A program made the position numbers and the translations under genes. A stretch of 64,000 nt of DNA from positions 179,404 through 243,403 of the IMG/VR virus record IMGVR_UViG_3300010399_000031. The stretch is one strand, 5' to 3'. Below the pieces are notes generated by a model, which saw nothing but the letters and a program-made list of their open reading frames with translations, was not told where the DNA came from and did no database searches. Positions 46,055-56,599 of the stretch are shown here, piece by piece; position 1 is the stretch's first letter; each line of letters starts with the position of its first letter.

Positions 46055-46909
46055 ATGGAGCAGATGACTCGAACTCTCTACTCGGCTGTATTGCAAACGG
46101 CTCTGTACTTGAACGAACCGGTACCAATCAAACCGAACTCGACCCTGAACGAGCGTTTCTCCATTCAAGCGGGGGTGCTGCCGACCATCGATAACCCGCC
46201 ACGGGCGCGTTATTACTCGCTGGGTAACGGAGGTCATACTTTCACGGTCGGTGCAGATATGATCCCCAAGCCCGAGCCGATTCAACACCGAGCAACGGAC
46301 GCGGCCGCATTCAAACCGCTACCGTTCGTGTTGCGTCTACCAGCAAACGACCTGGATCCGGCCACACGCGCCAACTACGCCTTGCGACGTATGGAAGTGT
46401 GGCAGGGGGTAACGTATGTGGCGTACTACCTCAAGCGTATCGATTTCACCGGTGTGACGGTCGACATGCAGTACAAGACGACCGATCCGACCACGGGCGT
46501 GGTGACAACCACCGAGTTCGTACCCGACTCGTCGAATTTGAACCCCACCCCGCCGGTACTCTCCAGCGATAGCGTGAACCTGACCGACGGCACGTATGTG
46601 GCCGCTGACGCGCGCATCGATCTGTCACTCACCCCGTTTGACTGCACTGAGTTGCTCAATGTTGCACAAGTGATTTGGGGTGACCCGGCTTACGCGATTG
46701 TCTCGGAGATTTTGTTCTGCTCCGGCGTCGACCAGATGGTCAGCGTATCCTCGGGCGTGGGTAACGGCACGTTCAACTTCATGGAAGCGATTGCTTCTCA
46801 AGTGATGACGTTCGTCTCGGGTTTCATCCCGGTGAATTTCATGAACAACGGTGTGGATATCTTACTGGATGTGGGCGCGACCGAACCGCTACTGAACCTG
46901 AACGGTTAA
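46055..46909 (+). CDS. virion structural protein
   Basis: 'NSTLNE.F.I','GNGGH','LPFVLR','YYLKRI','GATEPL' pattern of phiKZ-like virion proteins. Confidence 0.7.
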   Translation: MEQMTRTLYSAVLQTALYLNEPVPIKPNSTLNERFSIQAGVLPTIDNPPRARYYSLGNGGHTFTVGADMIPKPEPIQHRATDAAAFKPLPFVLRLPANDLDPATRANYALRRMEVWQGVTYVAYYLKRIDFTGVTVDMQYKTTDPTTGVVTTTEFVPDSSNLNPTPPVLSSDSVNLTDGTYVAADARIDLSLTPFDCTELLNVAQVIWGDPAYAIVSEILFCSGVDQMVSVSSGVGNGTFNFMEAIASQVMTFVSGFIPVNFMNNGVDILLDVGATEPLLNLNG

Positions 46910-46941
46910 TCGGGTACGAGAACGCAAAAGGAGTGTGTAGT

Positions 46942-47550
46942 ATGCTGACGATGCCGGACGGGGGGGACCCGTTCGCGTCAATCCTCGCCATCGATCCTGG
47001 TACGGATACCCTTGGACTTGCGTGTATTCAGTTCGATTGTCGAACTGGACTCATTGTGGGGTCTGAGGCGCAAACGTATAAAGGTTCAAGAATGGCCAAA
47101 CACAGCTGGGTCGGGGACGTGCATGGTGATCGTTTTGCAAGAATCAATGCTCACCGTATCAACCTCGCACGTCTTTTGAACACCATCCAGCCGGCGTTTC
47201 TTGCATCAGAGTCACCGTTTTTCTCCCGAGCCCAACCACAGGCTTATGGAGCATTAACGGAAGTCGTCTATGCACTGAGGTTGACGATTTTCGAATATGA
47301 TCCACTCATGGAGGTTCAGCTCATCGACCCTCCGTCAGTTAAAAATGCAGTAGGAGCCAAAGGAAATGCTGATAAAGAAAGTGTACGTGCCTATGTACTT
47401 TCTTTAGATGATTTAAAATACAAGGGTCGAGTGCCGATTGATGTGTTAGATGAGCATTCAATCGATGCACTGGCGGTGGCTTATGCGATGTTACTCATGA
47501 TCCGGGTCAATTATTTGTTCTGGAAAGACGGGCGTCTTGAGCCACTTTAA
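46942..47550 (+). CDS. ruvC: RuvC-like Holliday junction resolvase
   Basis: ILAIDPG, ESPF, P.SVKNAVG..G.ADK, EHSIDALAVA. Confidence 0.85.
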   Translation: MLTMPDGGDPFASILAIDPGTDTLGLACIQFDCRTGLIVGSEAQTYKGSRMAKHSWVGDVHGDRFARINAHRINLARLLNTIQPAFLASESPFFSRAQPQAYGALTEVVYALRLTIFEYDPLMEVQLIDPPSVKNAVGAKGNADKESVRAYVLSLDDLKYKGRVPIDVLDEHSIDALAVAYAMLLMIRVNYLFWKDGRLEPL

Positions 47551-47567
47551 ACTACACGGTGAGAGAA

Positions 47568-48041
47568 ATGTTTGAAAACATTAAACTTGACGCCAGACTG
47601 ATCGGCGCGGGGATTTTCGTTACCATCTGTTTGGTTGTCATCGGGGTTATCTGGTTTCAACATCGGGAAGTAAAGAAGCTTAATGTACAAGCGGGTGCGG
47701 CGAGTGCAACTATTGCGGCCCAAGTGGCTGCCGCTAGTGAAGCCAGCAGTGTAATCGTCAATCAACAGAAAAGTGCTGCGATTACCGATGCAGGTAATCA
47801 GGCGATTATCGCTGCCCCGGTTCAAAATCAGGCCAAGCAAGACGCTATTCAAAGTAAAACAGATACAGCAGTAAACCAAATTCAACAACAATATAACACC
47901 CAGCCAAAAACAGATACCAATACAAAGGCTGAGGACGTTGCGATTGCCACGGTTCAGATCGATGGATTGTGGCAAACTTATTGCGCCATGTCGGGAGACA
48001 CCACTGATCCGAACTGCGCGCCACAAGCGTCGCAACAATAA
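47568..48041 (+). CDS. i-spanin-like (Rz) membrane protein
   Basis: N-terminal TM, Ala/Gln-rich coiled coil, terminal cysteines. Confidence 0.65.
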   Translation: MFENIKLDARLIGAGIFVTICLVVIGVIWFQHREVKKLNVQAGAASATIAAQVAAASEASSVIVNQQKSAAITDAGNQAIIAAPVQNQAKQDAIQSKTDTAVNQIQQQYNTQPKTDTNTKAEDVAIATVQIDGLWQTYCAMSGDTTDPNCAPQASQQ

Positions 48042-48055
48042 AGAGGGCCTGTACC

Positions 48056-48433
48056 ATGAAAAAGAATCTACTCATCGTAGCCGCTATCGTCGCACTTGCT
48101 GGTTGTGCCGCTCAACCACCTGTGACGGTGACCAAGTATCAAAATGTAGTGGCGGTGGTTCCCAAAAGCTACACCGGTCACTGCGCGATGCCCAAACCCC
48201 CGACCAAGGATACCTACGTTCGAGCCAGCAAGGATGAGCGCATTAACATGCTACTCAAAGCCAATGGTTCACTCATGAAGGTTATCAAGGACTGTAATGA
48301 TCGGTGGGATCAAGTCGATATTTGGAATGAGAAGGAGTTGCAACTCTTTTCCAATGACCCGATTGCTGTTTTTCCTGGACAAGCCCCGGCTGCGCCTGCC
48401 CAAGGAGCATCGAGCGCTGTACCCAATAAGTAA
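48056..48433 (+). CDS. o-spanin-like (Rz1) lipoprotein
   Basis: lipobox LAGC; C..P.PP, CN.R. Confidence 0.75.
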   Translation: MKKNLLIVAAIVALAGCAAQPPVTVTKYQNVVAVVPKSYTGHCAMPKPPTKDTYVRASKDERINMLLKANGSLMKVIKDCNDRWDQVDIWNEKELQLFSNDPIAVFPGQAPAAPAQGASSAVPNK

Positions 48434-48446
48434 AGGAGGGTAGCGC

Positions 48447-48911
48447 ATGGGTCTCGTAAAAGAAGTCTTAAGTGGTGTGTCGGATACCCGGCTGTTAGCC
48501 GATCATTCACCAGGACACTCTCCACTTAAGACCCTTATTCAAACTTATCGTGAAAAGGCTTTACACAACGATAATGCACCAAATCTAACGGCTGGTTCAA
48601 CAGGATTGGACTTGAAAGAAGGAATCGAGAAACTGTCGATCGAGGACCAAGTCTCGATATTGTACGTGTACTTGATTGACAGCAAACGCATTGTTCCGAT
48701 GGAAACACCCGATCAATTAGAAGACCGTAAGTTTCGCCGTTGGACGCTAAAGGCAATCGTTTGGGTCATTGCTTTTATGTCCGTGACTCTGTTCGGGGCC
48801 GTGGCGGCCATCGCTTATCGGTCAGGTGCAATTCCATCGAACGAAGTGATCAGCGCTTTTTTAGAGTTCGCTGGCGAGATCGTGCATCTCATCTTTGCGG
48901 GTCCCGGCTAA
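48447..48911 (+). CDS. membrane protein (holin candidate)
   Basis: C-terminal hydrophobic helices; next to the spanins. Confidence 0.5.
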   Translation: MGLVKEVLSGVSDTRLLADHSPGHSPLKTLIQTYREKALHNDNAPNLTAGSTGLDLKEGIEKLSIEDQVSILYVYLIDSKRIVPMETPDQLEDRKFRRWTLKAIVWVIAFMSVTLFGAVAAIAYRSGAIPSNEVISAFLEFAGEIVHLIFAGPG

Positions 48912-48928
48912 TCACTAACGGAGAAATC

Positions 48929-49621
48929 ATGTCGAGTGTATGGTACAAAGCTTTGACTCGCAGCCATATTGCCTTAGAAGGTGAAGCAGATGGTAAGCTC
49001 CGAAAGGAAAATGAACATCTGTGGTTTGCAGAAATGATTTCCGATGGAATTCATTTTCCAGAGTTGAAGAAAGCCACTTCTTGGGAATTCCACGACCAGT
49101 GGGGTATCAAGATCGGCAAGACCGAGAAGAATGCGGCGGCAGGTCAAGTGCGCGTGCGTGGCACCTATCCGGGGGGTGAAGGTTTCATGAATCTTGGAGA
49201 CCCGGCGTTCACGCACGCCGTGAAGATCAACGCAGCTGATGGTGGTGCCTACGAAAACGAGATTGAAGTGACGAAGGAGTACTTCGAGACGTTCCGGTAC
49301 CTGGCTGATAACGGTATGCAGAAGGATCGTTACTTCTTTCCTGTTGACGGTGGTGTGTTTGAAGTCGACATGTTTCTGTTACCTGGTTTGGCAGAAGCAC
49401 GACTTCAAGGCATGAAGAATCGCGGACGCGACTATCACTTCTGGTGCAAGATCGACTACGAGGTGATGAACTTCGACGCCACCATTCCGGAGATGCCGTT
49501 CAAGGTCAAACGACTCATCAAGGGTGGTCGTGGGATTCAGAACACCCAAGAAGAAACGTCGCTGCTCGACAAGCTATTCAAAGAGGTCTACACGACCCCG
49601 AATCCACTGCTTAAGAAGTAA
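48929..49621 (+). CDS. CYTH-like (triphosphate tunnel) protein
   Basis: ENE, RVR, ENEIEV, KDRY, FEVD motifs; N-terminal ALE site. Confidence 0.6.
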   Translation: MSSVWYKALTRSHIALEGEADGKLRKENEHLWFAEMISDGIHFPELKKATSWEFHDQWGIKIGKTEKNAAAGQVRVRGTYPGGEGFMNLGDPAFTHAVKINAADGGAYENEIEVTKEYFETFRYLADNGMQKDRYFFPVDGGVFEVDMFLLPGLAEARLQGMKNRGRDYHFWCKIDYEVMNFDATIPEMPFKVKRLIKGGRGIQNTQEETSLLDKLFKEVYTTPNPLLKK

Positions 49622-49631
49622 CGGTATATTT

Positions 49632-49661
49632 GGGAGAGCCGTTTGGCTCTCCCTTTATGCC
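49632..49661 (+). terminator. hairpin + TTTATGCC
   Basis: GGGAGAGCC-GTTT-GGCTCTCCC. Confidence 0.75.
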
Positions 49662-49667
49662 TACAAT

Positions 49668-50228
49668 TTAAACCGGTGCCACGTCCTTAAAACCACTAAG
49701 GTTACCCATGGAGAGCATAACGTTGACCGGGTCAAACCCACCTAGCGATATCACTGGAGTAGCGGCGGCCAGATCTAACACGACATTGACATTGATCTGT
49801 CCCTCCCAGGCGAGTGAATTACTCGACGCTTGCATCGTGTACGGTCCGTTTCCAGCCACGTAATTGGCGTCGATAATATCACTTGTCTCCAGATTTGTTC
49901 CATAAAGGTTGTTGATCTGGGAAAGGATGGATGACAGGCTAAACGCTGCATCCAGTGTCATCAAAATCCCACTGACATTCATCGGGGTGAGTCGACCCAA
50001 ATCCATACGTCGATAGTAAAGCCATTTAGAGCCCGTATCACCCCCGTAGAGGGTTTGTGGCATACTCACCAGTACGGCAGTATCATTTTGGGTTAGATCG
50101 TCTGTATTCGGCGTTAAAGCCTTAGGGATACCAAACGTTGCTTGTGCGGGAAGATGAAACCCGTTCACTGCAAAAATCAGATCCCGTAAAAGTTGCTCTG
50201 AGGCAGAGACCACTGGCGGTGTACTCAT
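49668..50228 (-). CDS. virion (tail-associated) protein
   Basis: 'YYRRMDL','IN..YGTNL..DI','A...SLAW.G' domain common in jumbo phage tail proteins. Confidence 0.65.
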   Translation of the reverse strand: MSTPPVVSASEQLLRDLIFAVNGFHLPAQATFGIPKALTPNTDDLTQNDTAVLVSMPQTLYGGDTGSKWLYYRRMDLGRLTPMNVSGILMTLDAAFSLSSILSQINNLYGTNLETSDIIDANYVAGNGPYTMQASSNSLAWEGQINVNVVLDLAAATPVISLGGFDPVNVMLSMGNLSGFKDVAPV

Positions 50229-50417
50229 TTTACTTCCCTTGCATGGATGTTCAGCGCGCCCCAAAAATCAGCTAAATGGTTTAAAAGCTATCCCAGTTAT
50301 CCCCGAACCACACTGAATACCCGTGGTGATTTCTCTTGTTATATCTTGCGTATTCATGATCTAATCCTTAAAGTAGACATAGACACGGACGGGGGTGAGC
50401 CGTCCGTGTCTCTCACC

Positions 50418-52037
50418 TCAAGTTTTTAACTGATCGAGGTAGTCTTGATACTCCCTCATCCACTTCAGATTCATGTTCAGCATTTGCCGATCCACCACAA
50501 AATCATGAACTTGCTGATCCCATTTAATCTGGTGGTAATCATACCCAAATTCATTAATGAACGCGCTAACAACATAGCCGTTCACAATCACAGGTGAGCC
50601 TTCCACCACTGGAATAAACACCTGTGTATCCGGATCATAGTTTGGTACCACCACTGGGGTGCGTTTAACAAAACCATGTAATGAGGCAAACTCAGCTGGT
50701 CCCTTTAAGAAACTGTGAGGGTCCTTCAAACCTCGAATCAAACCCATTTCAATTTCTTTGTGAATTTGCACATGATCGTGTACCCACCACCAATCTTTAC
50801 CATCTTGCCTCACCCAGTGCGGATGTTCAGCCGACCACTGGTGGTGTGGATCTTCCTCAAACATCAACAACTTTCGCTCCTCACCCACCCGTGAAACGTG
50901 TAAATGTTTAACCGTGGCTGGACCGGTTGGTCCCATGACTATATCGCCTGCCTGGATCGTCTGAATTTGTTTCCACGACCGATCCGCCATAAGGACGAGT
51001 GATCCCGCCACAAAACACGAAGCACCACCACCACCGCCCGCAGCACCCGTAACAGTCCCAACAAAGATACCGTTCCATTTCACCACAGTTTTATTACCAC
51101 CTGAATCACTGGGCGCACCACCATAGAACAGGGTAAGGTTTAAAGTGAGGTCTTTAAATCGCGGACCCATAATCGGTCGACCATTGATCATGGCAAAAGC
51201 ACACTGATTCCAATCTCCACCCGTATAGATATTACCATTGCGGTCCACCATACCGTTTGCAATGGTAAATCCATTAAAGGTGTATCCCGTTTGTGAATCA
51301 AGAAAGTTAGTGTACTGGTTCCCTGAGAAAGAAAGCTGATTCAAATCAACAAAGACACACGCAATAAATGTGTGAGCGGACGAGCCGGCGAAATCTAAGT
51401 ACCAAAGACTACACTGCCAGTTATTACTGGAGTTAGGTTGAATCGCCGACCAAGGGGCGCCGATGTCGTCGCCGGACCCACTAACTGAAAAAGCACAGTT
51501 ACCCTGGGTGGCCAAAAGATATCCGTTAAGATCGTTTCCGCCGTACGCACGCGTCCAAGACATTTGGGAAATGTCAAGACCATACCCCCAATTACCAGGC
51601 GTATACGCCATGGAGTACGGGGTATTGAAATACGAGTACGAATCGATATACGTTCTTGCGTCGGTCGTTCCCCCGTTTGCCAAATCATAAAACGGGTAAG
51701 CGTTATTGATGGTTCCCTGACCATCTGGGTTTCCGGTGTTGGCTGGGTAAGAACCCGCGGGGGTGTTATCGCTCGGTGTACCTTTAGCCATCGTAGTGAG
51801 GTTAAAGGCAATGTAGGCGCCATTATCGCAATTGAGATCGAAAGCGGCAATCGTCGCCCCGTGAACTGGAGCGACGCCAAAACTCTTCCCGTACCAATAA
51901 CTCCAAGCGTAACGTTGCCCAGGACTTACACCCGCCAATCTTGACAAGAGCGTATTTCCAGCATCAATTGTTCCGCTCTCACGACATTCGGCTTGAGCCT
52001 GACCGATACTGATCGCGCCAGACGTTTGCATCGTCAT
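50418..52037 (-). CDS. tail-fibre-associated protein with C-terminal Hint domain
   Basis: N-terminal 'MQTSGAISIG' fibre-attachment-like motif; GGGGGAS|CFVAGSLVLMAD, SAEHP, VIVNGYVVS. Confidence 0.8.
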   Translation of the reverse strand: MTMQTSGAISIGQAQAECRESGTIDAGNTLLSRLAGVSPGQRYAWSYWYGKSFGVAPVHGATIAAFDLNCDNGAYIAFNLTTMAKGTPSDNTPAGSYPANTGNPDGQGTINNAYPFYDLANGGTTDARTYIDSYSYFNTPYSMAYTPGNWGYGLDISQMSWTRAYGGNDLNGYLLATQGNCAFSVSGSGDDIGAPWSAIQPNSSNNWQCSLWYLDFAGSSAHTFIACVFVDLNQLSFSGNQYTNFLDSQTGYTFNGFTIANGMVDRNGNIYTGGDWNQCAFAMINGRPIMGPRFKDLTLNLTLFYGGAPSDSGGNKTVVKWNGIFVGTVTGAAGGGGGASCFVAGSLVLMADRSWKQIQTIQAGDIVMGPTGPATVKHLHVSRVGEERKLLMFEEDPHHQWSAEHPHWVRQDGKDWWWVHDHVQIHKEIEMGLIRGLKDPHSFLKGPAEFASLHGFVKRTPVVVPNYDPDTQVFIPVVEGSPVIVNGYVVSAFINEFGYDYHQIKWDQQVHDFVVDRQMLNMNLKWMREYQDYLDQLKT

Positions 52038-52049
52038 GATATCTCTCCT

Positions 52050-53447
52050 TTAAGCAGGTATTGATACCGCCATGACATCTGTGACATCCAATTCAGCTAA
52101 CACTTTCCCCCAACCATTGCGTTTAAGGGATGTGATGAGCGTGTCCACTTTTTTGTCAAGCGATTTGACCGCTTCAACGGTGAGGGCGACCATTCTATCG
52201 TACTGTAAAGTGCGATAGTTTTCACCTGAAATGGATAAACCTGTGTGAGGGTCTCGATCCAACACAGCCAGACCTGTGAGTTCTGGAGTCACCTTATAAG
52301 CGTCGCCAGCCAATAAACCCATGTGTCGCCGGGTCGTGTCAGTCCCGGTAAGTTTGGCGGCCAGCTCGTTGTGACGATAAGTCACCCCATTAAGGTGGTG
52401 AATCTTGCTTAACGGATTGGTGATCGGTTCAATATCTTCTTTAAGCCTCTCATCTGACCAATATGCCCAGATATCGTTTGCGCAGTAAATCGTTCCATTT
52501 ACATGAACGTCGCCCAAGGTAACTGTTTGCCCGGCGGCTGCATAAACGTAACCTCCGCTTCCCGGATTGGCTGGAGCCTTCCCGTTGATCTGGTTTTGCA
52601 AAGACGTGGTGGTGCTGTCAATTTGGCTGGAGGTGTATGTACCAACCTGCGTCGCTGTCACCAGGTGGGGATTAGACGTATTGTTTTCATGCGTGGTGAG
52701 TGCTGAGTTCACCGTGTTGATGTTATTCTGAAGCGTGGTTTGCGCCGCGCTTAAATTCGCATCAGACTGCGCCGTGGTGTATGCACCCACTTGCGCTGCT
52801 GTCACTTTGTGCGGGTTGTTAAAATCCGCCAGGTGGTTATTCAATGCGTTTTGCAACGCTTGAATTTGTGAAGCAATCGACGTAGTTCCTAGATCGATAT
52901 ACTTGTAGATCGCATCGTGGGACGCTTCATCGCCTAAGAGGATTGCTTTCGAAATCCGGTCGAGCGCTGCCACCGTGTATTCAAAACCGATCAGGTCTCC
53001 CGCGTCGTGTAGGTGAGCGCTCGGTGCAAACGCAGCGGGTTTGCCGATAATGACAGGCCAAGCCGCAGGGCGATCATCCAGATTCAGATTGTAAATCTGA
53101 TCAATAATTGCTTGCGCCGAAGCTGAATACTCACCCCCAACCACCTGATATTGAAGCGAGATGTTGGCCGACACCGTCTGGTCAGTGATCATGATGATAC
53201 GCATGATCTCCAACCCAGTTTCCACACTCGCCATCGTCTCCAATTCAGCGCAGTAGAACTGATCGGGGGCGAGTGACAAGTTGGTCGCCATATCGGTGAT
53301 GACCAACCCTTGCGTGTAAAACGGACCGTACTCCGGGGCCACCGCTCGAATCTTGCGAGCGGGCATCGACTGAAGTTCCCCGACTACGAGGTTATTCGGA
53401 TTGACGCCCGTCGGATCAAACGGATAGCGGATTACTGGCGTGCTCAT
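52050..53447 (-). CDS. tail fibre protein with intramolecular chaperone (peptidase S74) domain
   Basis: YPFDPTG N-terminus, NPH.VTA.QVG repeats, W|SDERLKEDI autocleavage motif. Confidence 0.85.
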   Translation of the reverse strand: MSTPVIRYPFDPTGVNPNNLVVGELQSMPARKIRAVAPEYGPFYTQGLVITDMATNLSLAPDQFYCAELETMASVETGLEIMRIIMITDQTVSANISLQYQVVGGEYSASAQAIIDQIYNLNLDDRPAAWPVIIGKPAAFAPSAHLHDAGDLIGFEYTVAALDRISKAILLGDEASHDAIYKYIDLGTTSIASQIQALQNALNNHLADFNNPHKVTAAQVGAYTTAQSDANLSAAQTTLQNNINTVNSALTTHENNTSNPHLVTATQVGTYTSSQIDSTTTSLQNQINGKAPANPGSGGYVYAAAGQTVTLGDVHVNGTIYCANDIWAYWSDERLKEDIEPITNPLSKIHHLNGVTYRHNELAAKLTGTDTTRRHMGLLAGDAYKVTPELTGLAVLDRDPHTGLSISGENYRTLQYDRMVALTVEAVKSLDKKVDTLITSLKRNGWGKVLAELDVTDVMAVSIPA

Positions 53448-53471
53448 GTTTTAAACTCCGTTATTCATTAC

Positions 53472-55208
53472 TCACGCGGTTAAGACAGAAGCCTTGAAGT
53501 TCTCGAATGCAGTTGCCATGGTTTGCAGACCGTTGGCCACATCCGAGGCGCGCGCAAAGCTGTCTTCGACCACATAAGTGATCCCTGTGGGTTCAGTTGC
53601 CACCGGTGCAACTGCATTGCTAAGAAACGTTCCGTTAGGGGACAATTCTGTCGAAGCAATGAAATTGGCATTGCCGGATGTTTTTACCCAGATATCGAGG
53701 GTTGGATTACTTTGCGAATCGACTCCAGCTGCCCATCCGAATTCGCAATTATTCACCCCGCCGGTCAGATTTAACACTGTCATGGCGGGTGTTTGCCCGT
53801 TACGTCCCGATGACAGGGTGATTAAATACAAACCAGAGACGTTGTCACTAACACCATCTCCGCCCGAAACGATGATTTGTGCGTCCGGATACATCGTGTT
53901 GTTCTGAGCAGAATTTGCCGGTCTAGCCGAACCGACGCGAGTCCACAGATTCGCGTTTTGCGAGATCGACTGAGTCAACGCCATTTGCGAAGCAAAACTG
54001 CCTGAGCTACTTTGTGCAGCGGCGATGATCTCTTGGGCCGTCAGTGAGCCAAGCGTGTCAGAATCGCTCGCGTGATCAGCATTGGTGGCATTGTTTACCT
54101 TCAATGTCACCATCAAATCTTCAATTTGTTGCAACGTCTGACCCGCCAACTTGGCCGAATCTACAGCTTGCGCCGTCGCATCGAGTTTAGCAGCAAGGAG
54201 TTGATCGGTTTCCGCAGTCGTATAAGAACCCACTTCTTGCGCTGTCACGCGGTGCGGGTTGGTGTAATCATCCTCGTGGTTAGCGAGATCTTGACCGAAC
54301 CCAGCGCTCAGAAGCGCAGCCGTTTTAAGCGGCGTCATGAAGACATCGTCGCGCGTAGCCGCTTGCGCGTCGGCAGTAGAGGCCGCACCATAGTTCGGAA
54401 CGTTCCCCAAACCCACTTGCGTGGCCGTGACTTGGTGAGGATTGGTGTGGTCTGCTTCGTGCGTAGCCAAACCACCACTGGGTAGCACCGAGATAGCGGC
54501 AGCTGTCGCTGCCGGCGTCATGTACAGATCGTTTCGCACTCCCGTTTGTGCATCGGTTGTCGAAGCGATAGCGAAGTTTTGCACCAATCCCAAACCCACT
54601 TGAGTAGCAGTGACCAAGTGGGGGTTATCGTGATCTGCTTCGTGTACAGCTAACCCCGTAGAACCCGTCTGCGCGAGCATGTTGGTGATGTCGTTGAGCG
54701 AGGTAACCACATCGCTCATTCCAACGAGGTCCACCAAGTTCCACTCGTGATCGATCACCGGGAACGTCACCGGTTGCTCAGTGACTTGCTCCCACGTCGT
54801 AATGCGAGGGTTATGCAGACGATCGGCTAGAATTTGGGTAATCGTCGCCGTATCGATGGTCCAGATACCGCCAAGCGTTTGATACTTCAGTTGCGCTACA
54901 CCCGTGAGCAAGGTGTTGTAAAAACTGATCGAACCGGCGATCGGCGTTGCGCACGCCAGCGATGCATCATGAAAGACGTGGGTGCAAATGTAATCCACGC
55001 CTTCGGTAAGGATTTTGACATTACCGTCCGTATCTTTGTACGTCACGACGAGCGAGTCGACGAAGTACGGAGCAAAGACCGGAACAAGGAGGTGATAATC
55101 TTGATAATTCTGAGCCGTCAAAATCTGCTGCTCAGACGGGATCAAATTCGAGGCCAACTGACCCGTCGGATCAAACGGATAAGTCGTCCCAACGATGGGT
55201 GTTGACAT
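53472..55208 (-). CDS. tail fibre protein
   Basis: YPFDPTG N-terminus and three NPH.VTA.(Q/E)VG repeats; paralogue of the neighbour. Confidence 0.8.
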   Translation of the reverse strand: MSTPIVGTTYPFDPTGQLASNLIPSEQQILTAQNYQDYHLLVPVFAPYFVDSLVVTYKDTDGNVKILTEGVDYICTHVFHDASLACATPIAGSISFYNTLLTGVAQLKYQTLGGIWTIDTATITQILADRLHNPRITTWEQVTEQPVTFPVIDHEWNLVDLVGMSDVVTSLNDITNMLAQTGSTGLAVHEADHDNPHLVTATQVGLGLVQNFAIASTTDAQTGVRNDLYMTPAATAAAISVLPSGGLATHEADHTNPHQVTATQVGLGNVPNYGAASTADAQAATRDDVFMTPLKTAALLSAGFGQDLANHEDDYTNPHRVTAQEVGSYTTAETDQLLAAKLDATAQAVDSAKLAGQTLQQIEDLMVTLKVNNATNADHASDSDTLGSLTAQEIIAAAQSSSGSFASQMALTQSISQNANLWTRVGSARPANSAQNNTMYPDAQIIVSGGDGVSDNVSGLYLITLSSGRNGQTPAMTVLNLTGGVNNCEFGWAAGVDSQSNPTLDIWVKTSGNANFIASTELSPNGTFLSNAVAPVATEPTGITYVVEDSFARASDVANGLQTMATAFENFKASVLTA

Positions 55209-55292
55209 AAAAACACTCCCGCATGAAGAAGCTAATGTTGTGATTCAAAGTCAAACGACTATACTATTTGATCTTCTTTAAGGCGAACTCCC

Positions 55293-56576
55293 ATGAGTTA
55301 TTCACTCCTCTCGGCAATTGGCAAACCCGTTGGCGGCGGGGGGCGCTGGGTGTCGGTTGACATCTCCAATATGTCGTTTACCGATATTTTCCAGAACTAT
55401 ATTCGGGTGATTGCAACGCTGTCTAACCCGTACGATTCCAGCAATACCGCACTCGATTTGGCAGACATCGAATTTACGGAGGGCGATCCTTCGATGACGT
55501 TTAGCCAGTATCTGTTAAGTATCGGTAATGCTGCATTGCCGACTACCGCGAACCTGCCTGTACTAGATACAGTCTATGCAAAATATAACGATGCGTGGAA
55601 TGCAGGTTACATGGTCACCCCGATCGCGCCCGATGCAGCCATTGATTCACCTTTACCGGACGCCGATAAGACATGGCTTAAACTTACCGATTATGATGAT
55701 CCCACTAATCCTGAAGTCATGCCAGTGGATTTTACGTTATTTGGAAAAAGCTGCATGGTTTCTGTCAATGGTTACTGGCATTATCTGGCTACCGACAACA
55801 CTGGAGCGTACATTCGTGATGGTAATACTTCATGCGTGAAAAGCAAGCGCAACACCATCGGAATCTATTCTCTAGCTTCTTTGGGTTCGATTCAGTATAT
55901 CGATCTCACAGCAGATATGATCTACAAACAAGATCCTAGTAATACGCTATCCAATGGGGTATATATCGACATTGGACAAAGCTTATCGGGTAAAACGGTA
56001 TTACTCGTGATTGCCGGATATTTGCACGTGATGGATGGTTTAACATTTAACCGAGTGGGTGATCAGTTAATTAAAATTGACTGGCCGAACTTCCCGTATT
56101 TCGACCGCTATTTCGAACAAGTCGACGCGATCGATTTGTCTTCGATGAATCTAAGTCACACGGTGAATAACCCTTCTCAAGTGGCGGTGAGTGAACTACT
56201 TAGCGACACTGCGATCACTGCGTACTGCTCGCTATCTCAGTCGTTCATCGTTTTACTCGACAACGAAGAAGTCTTTGTTGATTTTAAAGATGTGGCTGAC
56301 ACGGGAGTGCCGGGAATGTATGTTTCGGCGGAAGAGCCTAATTGGCCCTTGATTACCGGTCACGGTAAAGTCAGTGAATGGTGGAGTGTCGAGGAAGATG
56401 GTCAATGGGCGATATTGACCCAAACGCCTGATGCTCTTATGGATCGTCGTGTGTACTACACCACCGACCCTAAGCAGTTAAATAGCCTCGCTTCTAACCG
56501 CGTTCCAGCAAGACCGAGCATCCTTAGCGCTGCGCGGTTTATCAAACTGGGAACCGATGTGAACTTCACTTCGTAA
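55293..56576 (+). CDS. virion structural protein
   Basis: 'MVSVNGYWH','LLVIAGYLH','LSQSFIV' pattern; divergent from the fibre genes. Confidence 0.65.
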   Translation: MSYSLLSAIGKPVGGGGRWVSVDISNMSFTDIFQNYIRVIATLSNPYDSSNTALDLADIEFTEGDPSMTFSQYLLSIGNAALPTTANLPVLDTVYAKYNDAWNAGYMVTPIAPDAAIDSPLPDADKTWLKLTDYDDPTNPEVMPVDFTLFGKSCMVSVNGYWHYLATDNTGAYIRDGNTSCVKSKRNTIGIYSLASLGSIQYIDLTADMIYKQDPSNTLSNGVYIDIGQSLSGKTVLLVIAGYLHVMDGLTFNRVGDQLIKIDWPNFPYFDRYFEQVDAIDLSSMNLSHTVNNPSQVAVSELLSDTAITAYCSLSQSFIVLLDNEEVFVDFKDVADTGVPGMYVSAEEPNWPLITGHGKVSEWWSVEEDGQWAILTQTPDALMDRRVYYTTDPKQLNSLASNRVPARPSILSAARFIKLGTDVNFTS

Positions 56577-56599
56577 GCCGTTGACGGTATAAAGACATA

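Noticed and set aside
50418-51017. True splicing intein / mobile element
   Set aside because: No terminal His-Asn plus nucleophile and no homing endonuclease domain.
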